Source: Thermoplasmata archaeon
Lineage (GTDB): Archaea; Thermoplasmatota; Thermoplasmata; Lutacidiplasmatales; UBA184
Assembly: GCA_022750435.1 (NCBI GenBank)
Contig: JAKIVS010000001.1
Span: 102,542 to 166,541, forward strand
Reading direction: 5' to 3'
Length of the DNA stretch: 64,000 nucleotides
In this document: positions 36,928-44,960 of the stretch, in pieces
Position numbering within the stretch: the stretch's first letter is position 1
How the letters are laid out: each line of letters opens with the position of its first letter
Notes under the pieces: model-generated
Database searches by the model: none
What the model saw: only the letters and a program-made list of their open reading frames with translations
What the model was told of the DNA's origin: nothing
Made by a program: the position numbers and the translations under genes

Positions 36928-37358
36928 CCGGGGCGGCGTTGCCGGGCAGTACGGCGCTTCTTCTTCGGGGGTTCGGCCGGCCCGTAGACTCCCAGCCACA
37001 CGCCGTCTGGGTCCTGGACGAACAGGAGCTGCGTGTCGCCGTCGATGAACCCAACGGTCGGCTTCGCCCCGGCGCGGACCGTGGTGCGGAGCCACTCGAG
37101 TGGGTCGGCCGCGAAAAATCCGAAGTGGTCGAACTCGCCGCCCGGCCGGAACGGCTCGTAGAACGGCGTGCCGCGCGGGTAGAAGTTCAGCTCGAGGCGG
37201 TGGTCGGAGCTTGGATGGGTCAGGTGGACCCATCGCCCGCCGTGAGAGAACGACCCGCGCTGGACGACCCGGAACCCGAGCTTTCGGTAGAACCGCAGTG
37301 ACCGCGCCAGGTTGCGGACTCGGATCCCAGAATAGACGAACCGAACCTCCGTCGGCAT
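36924..37358 (-). CDS. VOC/glyoxalase-family protein
   Basis: GIRVRNLARSLRFYRKLGF...HLELNF...FDHFGF...LFVQDPDGVWL, the paired beta-alpha-beta-beta-beta pattern. Confidence 0.75.
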   Translation of the reverse strand: MPTEVRFVYSGIRVRNLARSLRFYRKLGFRVVQRGSFSHGGRWVHLTHPSSDHRLELNFYPRGTPFYEPFRPGGEFDHFGFFAADPLEWLRTTVRAGAKPTVGFIDGDTQLLFVQDPDGVWLGVYGPAEPPKKKRRTARQRRPG

Positions 37359-37448
37359 GTCCCCCGGAGCGACACGCTTGGCTTCAACCCCGCCGAATCG
37401 GTCGGCGACGAGCGTCCCCCGGGAATCGGGGGACCGACCCCGTGCGGT

Positions 37449-38861
37449 CTATCCGACGGAGCCGGTCATCTCGAGCTGGATCAGGCGGTTCAGCTCGAGG
37501 GCGTAGTCGACGGGAAGCTCCTTCGAGAACTCCGCGAGGAATCCCATCAGGATCAGGTGGATCGCGTCGTTCTCGTTGAGCCCGCGGCTCATCAGGTAGA
37601 AGATCTGCTCCTCCCCAATCTTGCCGACGACCGCCTCGTGCGTGATCGTGGCGTCCTCCTCGTGGATCTCGTTGTACGGGTAGGTGTCCGAACGGCTGTC
37701 GTCGTCCGGGAGCAGCGCATCGCAGCGGACCGCGGCCTTCACGCCCGTCGCACCGGGCGCGACGTGGAGGAGGCCCCGGTAGCTCGTCTGGCCGCCACGG
37801 ATGGCGATCGACTTCGAGATGATCTTGCTCGAGGTGTCCGGCGCGGAGTGGACGCACTTCGCCCCCGAGTCGATGATCTGGCCGGCGGAAGCGAACGCCA
37901 CCGACAGGATGTCGGCGCGAGCGCCGCGGCCACGGAGGTAGACGGAGGGGTACTTCATCGTCACGCGGCTGCCAAGGTTGCCGTCGACCCACTCGACGAG
38001 CGACTGCTCGTGGGCGACCGCGCGCTTCGTGACCAGGTTGTAGACGTTCTTCGACCAGTTCTGGACCGTCGTGTACCGGACCTTGGCGTACGGCTCGGCG
38101 ACGACTTCGACGACGGCGGCGTGGAGCGAGTTGGTGGAGTAAACCGGGGCGGTGCACCCCTCGATGTAGTGGATCTTCGCGCCCTTGTCGGCGATGATCA
38201 GCGTTCGCTCGAACTGGCCAACGTTCTTCGCGTTGATCCGGAAGTACGCCTGGAGCGGGATGCCGGCGTCGACGCCCGGCGGGATGTAGACGAAGCTGCC
38301 TCCGGACCAGACGGCGCTGTTGAGCGCCGAGAACTTGTTGTCGTTGTACGGGACGATCTTGCCGAAGTACTTGCGGACGATGTCGGGGTACTCCTTGACA
38401 GCCGTGTCGGTGTCGGTGAAGACGACGCCCTTCGCGGCGAGGTCCTCACGGATCTTGTGGTAGACGGTCCCGCTGTCGTACTGGGCGCCGACGCCGCCGA
38501 AGTACTCGCGCTCCGCCTTGGGGATGCCGAGCTTCTCGAACGTATTCTTGATGTCGGCCGGGAGGTCGTCCCAGCTCTTCTTCGCATCCCCCTCGGCCAG
38601 CGGGTTCGCGTAGTAGGTGTAGGCATCGAAGTCGATCTCGTCGAGGGACGGACCCCAGTCCGGCATGGGTCGCTCGACGAAGTGGTCGTAGGCGCGCAGC
38701 CGGTACTCGCGGAGCCACTCCGGCTCGTTCTTCAGGTCAGAGATCGCTTCGACGATCTCGCGGTTGAGGCCCTTCGCGGTCCGGACGAGGTACGTCTCGG
38801 GATCCTTGAAGTCGTACCGGGTGTAGTCGAGCGGTTGCATCTCGGGAGAACTCTGCGCCAT
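37449..38861 (-). CDS. sufB: Fe-S cluster assembly protein SufB
   Basis: Highly conserved SufB sequence (YIEGCTAP, KYPSVYLRGRGA, VHSAPDTSSKIISKSI, DSRSDTYPY, HEAVVGKIGEEQIFYLMSRGL). Start moved to ATG 38861 because the TATA box 38897-38904 is too close to the track start at 38888. Confidence 0.93.
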   Translation of the reverse strand: MAQSSPEMQPLDYTRYDFKDPETYLVRTAKGLNREIVEAISDLKNEPEWLREYRLRAYDHFVERPMPDWGPSLDEIDFDAYTYYANPLAEGDAKKSWDDLPADIKNTFEKLGIPKAEREYFGGVGAQYDSGTVYHKIREDLAAKGVVFTDTDTAVKEYPDIVRKYFGKIVPYNDNKFSALNSAVWSGGSFVYIPPGVDAGIPLQAYFRINAKNVGQFERTLIIADKGAKIHYIEGCTAPVYSTNSLHAAVVEVVAEPYAKVRYTTVQNWSKNVYNLVTKRAVAHEQSLVEWVDGNLGSRVTMKYPSVYLRGRGARADILSVAFASAGQIIDSGAKCVHSAPDTSSKIISKSIAIRGGQTSYRGLLHVAPGATGVKAAVRCDALLPDDDSRSDTYPYNEIHEEDATITHEAVVGKIGEEQIFYLMSRGLNENDAIHLILMGFLAEFSKELPVDYALELNRLIQLEMTGSVG

Positions 38862-38896
38862 TCGTTCGACCTCAACCGATTCCAGCACGCGGACGT

Positions 38897-38904
38897 ATTT
38901 AAAT
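38897..38904 (-). promoter_or_regulatory. TATA box (ATTTAAAT) upstream of sufB
   Basis: Only AT-rich octamer in the sufS-sufB intergenic region. Confidence 0.45.
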
Positions 38905-39033
38905 GGTCGGTCGCTTCGTCGGCGACATCTTCGGGGCTACCGAGGAATAGGATGGGTAGCCGGTGGTTTGTAGGTCGTTCAGCGACAAACCGGTGTTGCC
39001 CCCGTGGCGGCACGGCTTCGAGAGCGAATCCGC

Positions 39034-40263
39034 CTACTGGGCAAACACCGCAATGGCCTTGCCAAGCGCGTCGACGAACCGGTCCATCTCCTCGAGCGTG
39101 TTGTAGAGGTACGGGCTCGCGCGGGAGAGCGCTGGCACTCCGAGCCGCTCCATGAGCGGCTGGGCACAGTGGTGGCCCGAGCGCACGGCGATCCCCTCGG
39201 CATCGAGGATGCTCGCCACATCGTGGGGGTGGATCCCCGTCACGGAGAAGGAGAGGACGGCTTCGCGATCCGGGCCGAGGGGAGGGCCGAGGAACCGGAC
39301 CTGGTCGCCAAACCGCTCCCGGCATCCCTGCACCGCGCGCTCGGCGAGAGCCCGCTCATGGGTCGCCAGCGTCTCCCAGCCGACGTTCTCCAGGTAGTCG
39401 AGCGCCGTCCCGAGAGCGACGGCGCCGGCGACGTTCGGTGTGCCCGCCTCGAACCGGCCCGGAGGGTCGCGATAGGTGACCCGGTCGGTGTGGACCTCGC
39501 GGATCATCTCACCGCCGCCCATGTAGGGCGGCAGGGCTTCGAGTCGTTCCTTTCGCCCCCAGAGGACGCCGATCCCGGTAGGTCCGAGCGCCTTGTGGCC
39601 GGAAAACGCGGCGAAGTCCACCCCGAGCTCCCGAACGTCGACGCGCCGGTGGGGGACCGATTGGGCGGCGTCAAGGACCACCAGGGCCCCCGCCGCGTGA
39701 GCCTTGTCGGCGATCGCCCGAACCGGGTTGACCGTGCCGAGCACGTTCGAGACGTGGGTGAGCGCAACGACCTTCGTCGGCTTCGCGAGCTTCGCCTCGA
39801 GGTCGTCCATCCGAAGTCGGCCGTGCTCGTCGATGTCGACAAATTCGAGGTCGATGCCGACCTCGGTGCGGAGGAGGTGCCACGGGACGATGTTGGAGTG
39901 ATGCTCCATCACCGTCGTGAGGACCCGGTCTCCCTTTCGGAGGAGCCCGCGGCCCAGGCCATGGGCGACGAGATTGAGCGCCTCGGTCGTGCCCCGGACG
40001 AAGACGACCTCATCGGGGTCGTCGGAGTGGAGGAACCGGGCGACGCGCGCGCGACTCCCCTCGTAGAGGGCCGTCGCCTCCTCGCTCAGTTCGTACGCGC
40101 CCCGGTGGACGTTGGCGTTGCTGCGGCGGTAAAAGTCCGACTCCGTGTCGAGCACGGTCGTCGGCTTCTGCGAGGTCGCGGCGGAATCGAGGTAGACGAG
40201 CGGGTGCCCGTGGGCCGTCCGGGAAAGGATGGGGAAGTCGTTCCGACAGTGGGCGAGGTCCAT
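39034..40263 (-). CDS. sufS: Cysteine desulfurase SufS (class II aminotransferase V)
   Basis: YLDSAATSQKP, PLP-Lys motif FSGHKALGPTGIGVLWG, catalytic-loop RSGHHCAQP. Confidence 0.93.
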   Translation of the reverse strand: MDLAHCRNDFPILSRTAHGHPLVYLDSAATSQKPTTVLDTESDFYRRSNANVHRGAYELSEEATALYEGSRARVARFLHSDDPDEVVFVRGTTEALNLVAHGLGRGLLRKGDRVLTTVMEHHSNIVPWHLLRTEVGIDLEFVDIDEHGRLRMDDLEAKLAKPTKVVALTHVSNVLGTVNPVRAIADKAHAAGALVVLDAAQSVPHRRVDVRELGVDFAAFSGHKALGPTGIGVLWGRKERLEALPPYMGGGEMIREVHTDRVTYRDPPGRFEAGTPNVAGAVALGTALDYLENVGWETLATHERALAERAVQGCRERFGDQVRFLGPPLGPDREAVLSFSVTGIHPHDVASILDAEGIAVRSGHHCAQPLMERLGVPALSRASPYLYNTLEEMDRFVDALGKAIAVFAQ

Positions 40264-40291
40264 GGGGGGGTCCGGACGGACGCTCGGTCCG

Positions 40292-41068
40292 TCAGTTCCC
40301 TCCCTGGACTCCGACCCGGACCCAGTCGTACCCCTTCGCCTCGAGCTGGTCGGCGAGTTCGCGCCCGCCGGACAGGGCGATCACGCCGTCGACCATCACG
40401 TGGACTGCGTCCGGGCGGAGGTATTTCAGAATCCGTTGATAGTGCGTAATCACGAGGGTCCCGGCGTTCGGAAAGTGGAGCTTCGCGACCGTCTCCCCAA
40501 CGGAGCGGACGGCGTCGATGTCGAGCCCGCTGTCGGGCTCGTCCAGGATCGCGAAGGTCGGGGCGAGGGTCGCCATCTGGAGGACCTCGACGCGCTTCTT
40601 CTCCCCTCCGGAGAACCCCTCGTTCAGCGAGCGCTTGAGGAGCGACTCGTCCATGCCCAGGTAGGCGAGGTGCGTGCTGAGGTCCTTGCCGAACTGCGCG
40701 GCATCAGCGTCCTCGGCGGTGTGGCGCTGCATGTACGCCGTCCAGAGGAACTTGGAGAGCGAGAGTCCGGAGACCTCCTGCGGGTACTGAAACCCGAGGA
40801 ACAGACCGGCGCGGGAGCGTTGGTCGACGGTCAACTGGAGGAGGTCCTTGCCGTCCAGGAGCGCCTGGCCGGCGGTGACCTTGTACTTGGGGTGGCCCAT
40901 CAGGGCGTAGGCGAGAGTGCTCTTTCCGGAACCGTTCGGGCCCATCAGGGCGGTGAGTTCCCCGGCGCGGAGCGTGAGGTTGACCCCCTTCAGGATCTCC
41001 TTCCCCCCGACCTCCACGTGCAGGTTCCGGACGTCGAGCGTGTGGGCCGGCGGCCCCTCGGTGCTCAT
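40292..41068 (-). CDS. sufC: Fe-S cluster assembly ATPase SufC
   Basis: Walker A GPNGSGKST, signature FSGGEKKR, Walker B AILDEPDSGLD, H-loop ITHY. Start at the internal ATG 41068. Confidence 0.93.
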   Translation of the reverse strand: MSTEGPPAHTLDVRNLHVEVGGKEILKGVNLTLRAGELTALMGPNGSGKSTLAYALMGHPKYKVTAGQALLDGKDLLQLTVDQRSRAGLFLGFQYPQEVSGLSLSKFLWTAYMQRHTAEDADAAQFGKDLSTHLAYLGMDESLLKRSLNEGFSGGEKKRVEVLQMATLAPTFAILDEPDSGLDIDAVRSVGETVAKLHFPNAGTLVITHYQRILKYLRPDAVHVMVDGVIALSGGRELADQLEAKGYDWVRVGVQGGN

Positions 41069-41102
41069 CGCAGTTTCCACCGAGAGATTCGAGCCGATAC
41101 CC

Positions 41103-41110
41103 TTATTTAA
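41103..41110. promoter_or_regulatory. AT-rich TATA box (TTATTTAA) in the sufC / regulator divergent intergenic region
   Basis: Single AT-rich element between the divergent starts at 41068 (-) and about 41166 (+). Confidence 0.4.
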
Positions 41111-41165
41111 GCATGGCGCGGTGTCTAAACTCCGCGGTCGATTTGGCCGCTCCGAGGGCACGGTC

Positions 41166-41813
41166 GTGGCGGCGGGCGAGATTCGCGTGGGGGAGGGAAC
41201 CCGCGGCCGTATCATCGAAGAACTCGCCGTTTCCCCGAAGACCGCCCGGGACCTGGCCCGGACACTCGGCATCCAGGAATCCGCGGCTCGGGGCCACCTC
41301 GACCGGCTTGAGGACCGCGGGATCGTGGTCCCCACGTTCCGTCGGGAAGGCGTTGGACGACCCCGAAAGCGGTACCTCCTGACCCCCCAGGGCCAGGAGT
41401 TGTTTCCCCGTCGCTACGAGCTCCTGTTGGACTCGGTCATGGAGGAGCTCCTCTCCAGCGAAGGCGAGGGATTCGTCTCCGCCCTGTTCGCCGAGGCGGC
41501 GAAACGGATGGCGAAGCAGATCGTCCGCGAGGTCCCCAACGACGCGTCGGCCCACGACCGGGCCAAGGCGCTCGCCGGGGCTCTCAACAACCTCGGGTTC
41601 CGGTGCACCGTCGAGTCGACACCAGGCGGCAGCCTCAAGATTGTCCGGACGAACTGCGTCTTCCGGCACAACGCCCTCACCCACTCCTACCTGCTCTGTG
41701 AGGTGTTCGACAAGCACCTCACCGAGGAGCTCCTCGGCCAGGTGGGGCTCGACCTCCAGGATTCGATCACGCGGGGCGGGATGCAGTGCACCCACCTCAT
41801 CCAGCTGCGCTGA
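41166..41813 (+). CDS. ArsR/TrmB-like wHTH transcriptional regulator with Cys-rich C-terminal domain (SufR-like candidate)
   Basis: wHTH GRIIEELAVSPKTARDLARTLGIQESAARGHLDRLEDRGIV. C-terminal half has four Cys (FRC..16..C..13..C..29..C). Divergent from sufC-sufS. Start is GTG 41166 or 41187. Confidence 0.65.
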   Translation: MAAGEIRVGEGTRGRIIEELAVSPKTARDLARTLGIQESAARGHLDRLEDRGIVVPTFRREGVGRPRKRYLLTPQGQELFPRRYELLLDSVMEELLSSEGEGFVSALFAEAAKRMAKQIVREVPNDASAHDRAKALAGALNNLGFRCTVESTPGGSLKIVRTNCVFRHNALTHSYLLCEVFDKHLTEELLGQVGLDLQDSITRGGMQCTHLIQLR

Positions 41814-41816
41814 CGG

Positions 41817-41841
41817 GCCCGAACGGGAGGGCCGTTCGGGC
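41817..41841 (+). terminator. 10-bp GC hairpin directly after the regulator stop
   Basis: GCCCGAACGG-GAGGG-CCGTTCGGGC, 4 nt after TGA 41811-41813. Confidence 0.35.
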
Positions 41842-41922
41842 GGACTTCGCCTTCCGCTGGTCCGGGCACTTTCAAGAGCGCCCCGCCGATGAGGCGCGGG
41901 ATACCCTTTCACCGAAGAGCCG

Positions 41923-42414
41923 ATGCAGGTCCCAGTGAACCGGCAACCGCCCCGGGTTGATCTCCTTCGCTCCGTCCCCGCGGACCTACGCCGGATCGGC
42001 CGGCGCCGGTACCCGAACGAAACCGGCGGGGTGCTTCTGGGTCGAACCCGCCCGGGCGGCGCGTGCCGCATCTGGAGGGCCATCGAACTCGTCGACCGGG
42101 GGGCAACGACGAGCCACTACTCCGCGGATCCCGTCCAAGTTCGGCAGCTCATTTTCCGACAGACTACGGAGGAAGGGTCGATCGTCGGGTTCTTCCACAC
42201 GCATCCGGACGGACCATGCACGCCCTCCGCACTCGATACCCGCGCGGCGGGAGTCGGCTACCTCTACGTGATTGCCAGTGCTCGCGGGGACCTCCACCAG
42301 CTCAAGCTGTATCAGCGGCCGGGTCCAGACACTCCATTGATCGAACAAGGTTTCCGACTCGTGCCGCCTCCTCGACGACCGGCGACGGACCGGACGGGCG
42401 GGGGATCGACGTGA
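41923..42414 (+). CDS. JAMM/MPN+ metalloprotease (Ubl-processing or desampylase type)
   Basis: Complete E-x(n)-HxHx7Sx2D motif: NETGGVLLG ... FFHTHPDGPCTPSALD. TATA-like CCCTTTCA about 20-25 nt upstream of the ATG. Confidence 0.85.
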   Translation: MQVPVNRQPPRVDLLRSVPADLRRIGRRRYPNETGGVLLGRTRPGGACRIWRAIELVDRGATTSHYSADPVQVRQLIFRQTTEEGSIVGFFHTHPDGPCTPSALDTRAAGVGYLYVIASARGDLHQLKLYQRPGPDTPLIEQGFRLVPPPRRPATDRTGGGST

Positions 42415-42701
42415 GCGCAAAACCCGTCGGACCGCGGGTCGAGCTTCCCCCCAACCTCCGTTCGCTGGTCGACGACCTTCCCGACGAGCTGCGCGTCCCG
42501 GGCAACACCGTCGAGGAGGTCCTGCATGCTCTCGTCGGGCAGTTTCCCGACCTCCAGCACCATGTGTTCTCCCCCTCGGGCGCGATCCGGACGAGCGTCC
42601 TCGTCCTGGTCAACGACGACGACATCCGCTATCGGCAACGGGGGCGAACCGCGGTCACGCCGAACGACCGCATCGTCCTGGTTCCGGCGCTCGCCGGCGG
42701 A
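42411..42701 (+). other. Ubl (beta-grasp) module of the fusion, ending in a Gly-Gly codon pair at 42696-42701
   Basis: VEEVLHALVGQFPDL...VLVLVNDDDI...PNDRIVLVPALAGG matches the MoaD/ThiS C-terminal pattern (..D.v.i.PpvsGG), followed by a basic linker APRKRTRTP. Confidence 0.7.
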
Positions 42702-43865
42702 GCTCCCCGGAAGCGCACGCGCACTCCGTCCAATTCGGCCCTCTCCCCGAGCGAACGCCACCGGTACAGTCGGCACCTCCTCCTTCCCGAGGTCGGAGAG
42801 GCCGGTCAACTGCGCCTCCGGAAGGCCCACGTGCTCCTCGTGGGAGCCGGAGGTCTCGGCGCACCCGCGGCGCTCTATCTCGCGGCGGCGGGCGTTGGAA
42901 CGATTGGGCTCGTCGACGGCGATGTGGTGGAGGCGTCAAACCTCCAGCGCCAGGTGCTGTACGAGACCGGTTCGGTCGGTCGGTCGAAGACGGCCGAGGC
43001 GTCGCGTCGCGTCCGCGCCCTCAACCCGCATGTGCGCGTCGTGCAACACCGAGTTCGGCTCAGCTCCAAGAACGCGCTCCTGATCCTTCGCCAGTACGAT
43101 GTCGTCCTCGACGGCACCGACAACTTTCCCACCCGGTATCTCGTGAACGATGCCTGTGTCCTGCTTCGGAAGCCGGACGTGTACGGCTCCGTCTACCGGT
43201 TCGAGGGTCAGGTTTCGGTGTTCGACGCCCGACACGGTCCGTGCTACCGATGCCTGTTCCCCGAGCCCCCGCCGCCCGAACTCGTGCCCTCCTGCGCCGA
43301 GGGAGGCGTCCTCGGTGTGGTCCCGGGAGTGGTCGGGATTTGGCAGGCGACCGAAGCACTGAAGCTTCTCCTCAAGGTCGGAGACCCGCTCATCGGTCGA
43401 CTGCTCCTGCTCGACACACTCTCGGGCAGCACGCGCGAGGTCCGAGTCCGCAAGGACCCGCGGTGCCCCGTCTGTGGAACGACGCCCACGCAGACGGGGC
43501 TCATCGATTACCCCGCATTCTGCGGCGTGTCGGAGCCGGCTCCCCGAGTCCCCCTGATCGACCCCACCGCCCTTGCCAGGGAGTTGAAGACCTCCGCGCC
43601 TCCGGTGCTCGTGGACGTCCGCGAGCCCGGCGAGTGGGCGATTGCCCACCTCCCGAAGGCGCGGCTCGTTCCGAAGGGGACGCTCGCGGACCGGCTGAGC
43701 TCCCTTCCGAAGAATCGGGCGGTCGTCGTCTATTGCAAATCCGGCCGCCGGTCGGCCGACGCCGTCCGGCTGCTGCTCGACCGGGGATTCGTGCGGGTGC
43801 GCTCGCTGGCGGGCGGGATTGACGCCTGGGCCGACACCGTCGACCCGAAGATGCCGCGATACTGA
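42411..43865 (+). CDS. Fusion protein: MoaD/ThiS/SAMP-like Ubl (ends ..ALAGG) - E1-like adenylyltransferase (MoeB/ThiF/UbaA) - rhodanese
   Basis: GTG 42411 overlaps the JAMM stop (GTGA). Residues 1-97 are beta-grasp-like and end RIVLVPALAGG. The E1 part has LLVGAGGLGAPAALYLAAAGVG, DGDVVEASNLQRQ, Zn sites CYRC and CPVC, and SCAEGGVLG. The C-terminal rhodanese has the active loop YCKSGRRS. Confidence 0.85.
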   Translation: MSAKPVGPRVELPPNLRSLVDDLPDELRVPGNTVEEVLHALVGQFPDLQHHVFSPSGAIRTSVLVLVNDDDIRYRQRGRTAVTPNDRIVLVPALAGGAPRKRTRTPSNSALSPSERHRYSRHLLLPEVGEAGQLRLRKAHVLLVGAGGLGAPAALYLAAAGVGTIGLVDGDVVEASNLQRQVLYETGSVGRSKTAEASRRVRALNPHVRVVQHRVRLSSKNALLILRQYDVVLDGTDNFPTRYLVNDACVLLRKPDVYGSVYRFEGQVSVFDARHGPCYRCLFPEPPPPELVPSCAEGGVLGVVPGVVGIWQATEALKLLLKVGDPLIGRLLLLDTLSGSTREVRVRKDPRCPVCGTTPTQTGLIDYPAFCGVSEPAPRVPLIDPTALARELKTSAPPVLVDVREPGEWAIAHLPKARLVPKGTLADRLSSLPKNRAVVVYCKSGRRSADAVRLLLDRGFVRVRSLAGGIDAWADTVDPKMPRY

Positions 43866-43905
43866 GAGCCCCAACGCACCAGGGTCGGGTCGAGAATCGA
43901 ATCGT

Positions 43906-44439
43906 TCAGCCGAGCGACCGATCCGGAGAGAAGCTCGAGAGACCCACGGTTGGGTTGTACGAGCGGACCCGTCGCGAGAGTTCCACGGCGAACTCTTCCG
44001 GGCGCTTCGGGGAGACGAACAGCGGAACGTCCCCCGCCGTGACCAGGATCCCGGCGGAGACGGTGTGGATGGCGTCGAAGGTGTGGATCAGCGGGCTCCA
44101 CATCCGGCCCCGCCACCCCCACCCCCCGAAGAAGCTGACCGGACCGAGGTCCCGCAGGTTCGCGAACTCCAGCATCCGGACCTGGTCGAGGGGGATGGTC
44201 CGGGACCCGAAGATGCGGCGCGCGTAGAGCGCCCGGTCGTCGAGGACGTAGTACGTTGAGAGATTGCGCGCCAAGAAGAGGAACATGACGCCGATGAGGA
44301 ACTCGGGAACGATCGGGTTCGAGGTGAAGGAGGCGCGATTCGTGGCGTAGACGATGATGATTACGAGAAAGAGGTACAGCCCGACCACCCCCACCGAGAC
44401 CGGGGCCCCCACCCGGACGCGTCCGGTTCCAGTGCTCAT
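43906..44439 (-). CDS. Membrane protein with bacterial PH (bPH/DUF304-like) domain
   Basis: Two N-terminal TMs, then YYVLDDRALYARRIFGSRTIPLDQV... typical of YdbS/YdbT-like PH domains. Confidence 0.55.
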   Translation of the reverse strand: MSTGTGRVRVGAPVSVGVVGLYLFLVIIIVYATNRASFTSNPIVPEFLIGVMFLFLARNLSTYYVLDDRALYARRIFGSRTIPLDQVRMLEFANLRDLGPVSFFGGWGWRGRMWSPLIHTFDAIHTVSAGILVTAGDVPLFVSPKRPEEFAVELSRRVRSYNPTVGLSSFSPDRSLG

Positions 44440-44530
44440 GGCGGGGAACGACGTGGCACGCTTCCCTTAAGGATTCCACGGCGCCCTTGCGCAACCAGCA
44501 CTCGGTCCACGAGGATTCGCCAACGCCGAG

Positions 44531-44890
44531 TCACGTTCGGGACTTCGGCCTCTTCGCAGGGAGCTGGGCGGCGTACTGGATCGAGCGTGCGACCCACGGA
44601 GCGGCCCTCTTGGAATCCTTCCAGACCGCCTCGGGGAGCGCGACATACTCGCGCATCGGCCGCCCCGGCATCGGCTCGAACGGCGTTGCCTGAAGATCCT
44701 TCGCCGCAGAGGCCCGGTCCGCTTCGGAGAGCCGCACGATCAACTCGGACCCAAAGACGCAGAAGAACATGTTTCCGCCGACGAACGCGGCGGGTTGGCC
44801 GAACACGGGCCGGCGTGTGACGCCGGGACGCCTCGGGAGGAGAGCCTCGAAGGCGGCGACGGTGGCCGGAGCTGGCTTCGGTATCCCCAT
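44531..44890 (-). CDS. TfoX N-terminal-domain family protein
   Basis: VTRRPVFGQPAAFVGGNMFFCVFGSELIVRL matches the TfoX_N core (kMFGG.af.v.GnMf). Confidence 0.6.
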   Translation of the reverse strand: MGIPKPAPATVAAFEALLPRRPGVTRRPVFGQPAAFVGGNMFFCVFGSELIVRLSEADRASAAKDLQATPFEPMPGRPMREYVALPEAVWKDSKRAAPWVARSIQYAAQLPAKRPKSRT

Positions 44891-44960
44891 GGTCGATGCG
44901 AGCCGGAACCCCGCCGGGTCCTAAAGCCACCGGCGGTCCACCGCCGATCCGTCCCGTGGC

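Noticed and set aside
41069-41335. N-terminal extension of sufC (track start 41335), and the 41113-41382 plus-strand ORF
   Set aside because: The extension crosses the intergenic TATA box and is Arg/Ser/Pro-rich. SufC homology begins at MSTEGPP (41068). The plus-strand ORF is in the wrong frame for the wHTH regulator.
41923-43865. Full eukaryote-like ubiquitylation or Bil/CBASS-type conjugation defence operon
   Set aside because: No E2, RING/E3, effector or cyclase genes adjacent. The E1 carries a rhodanese domain typical of sulfur-carrier (MoaD/ThiS/SAMP) chemistry.
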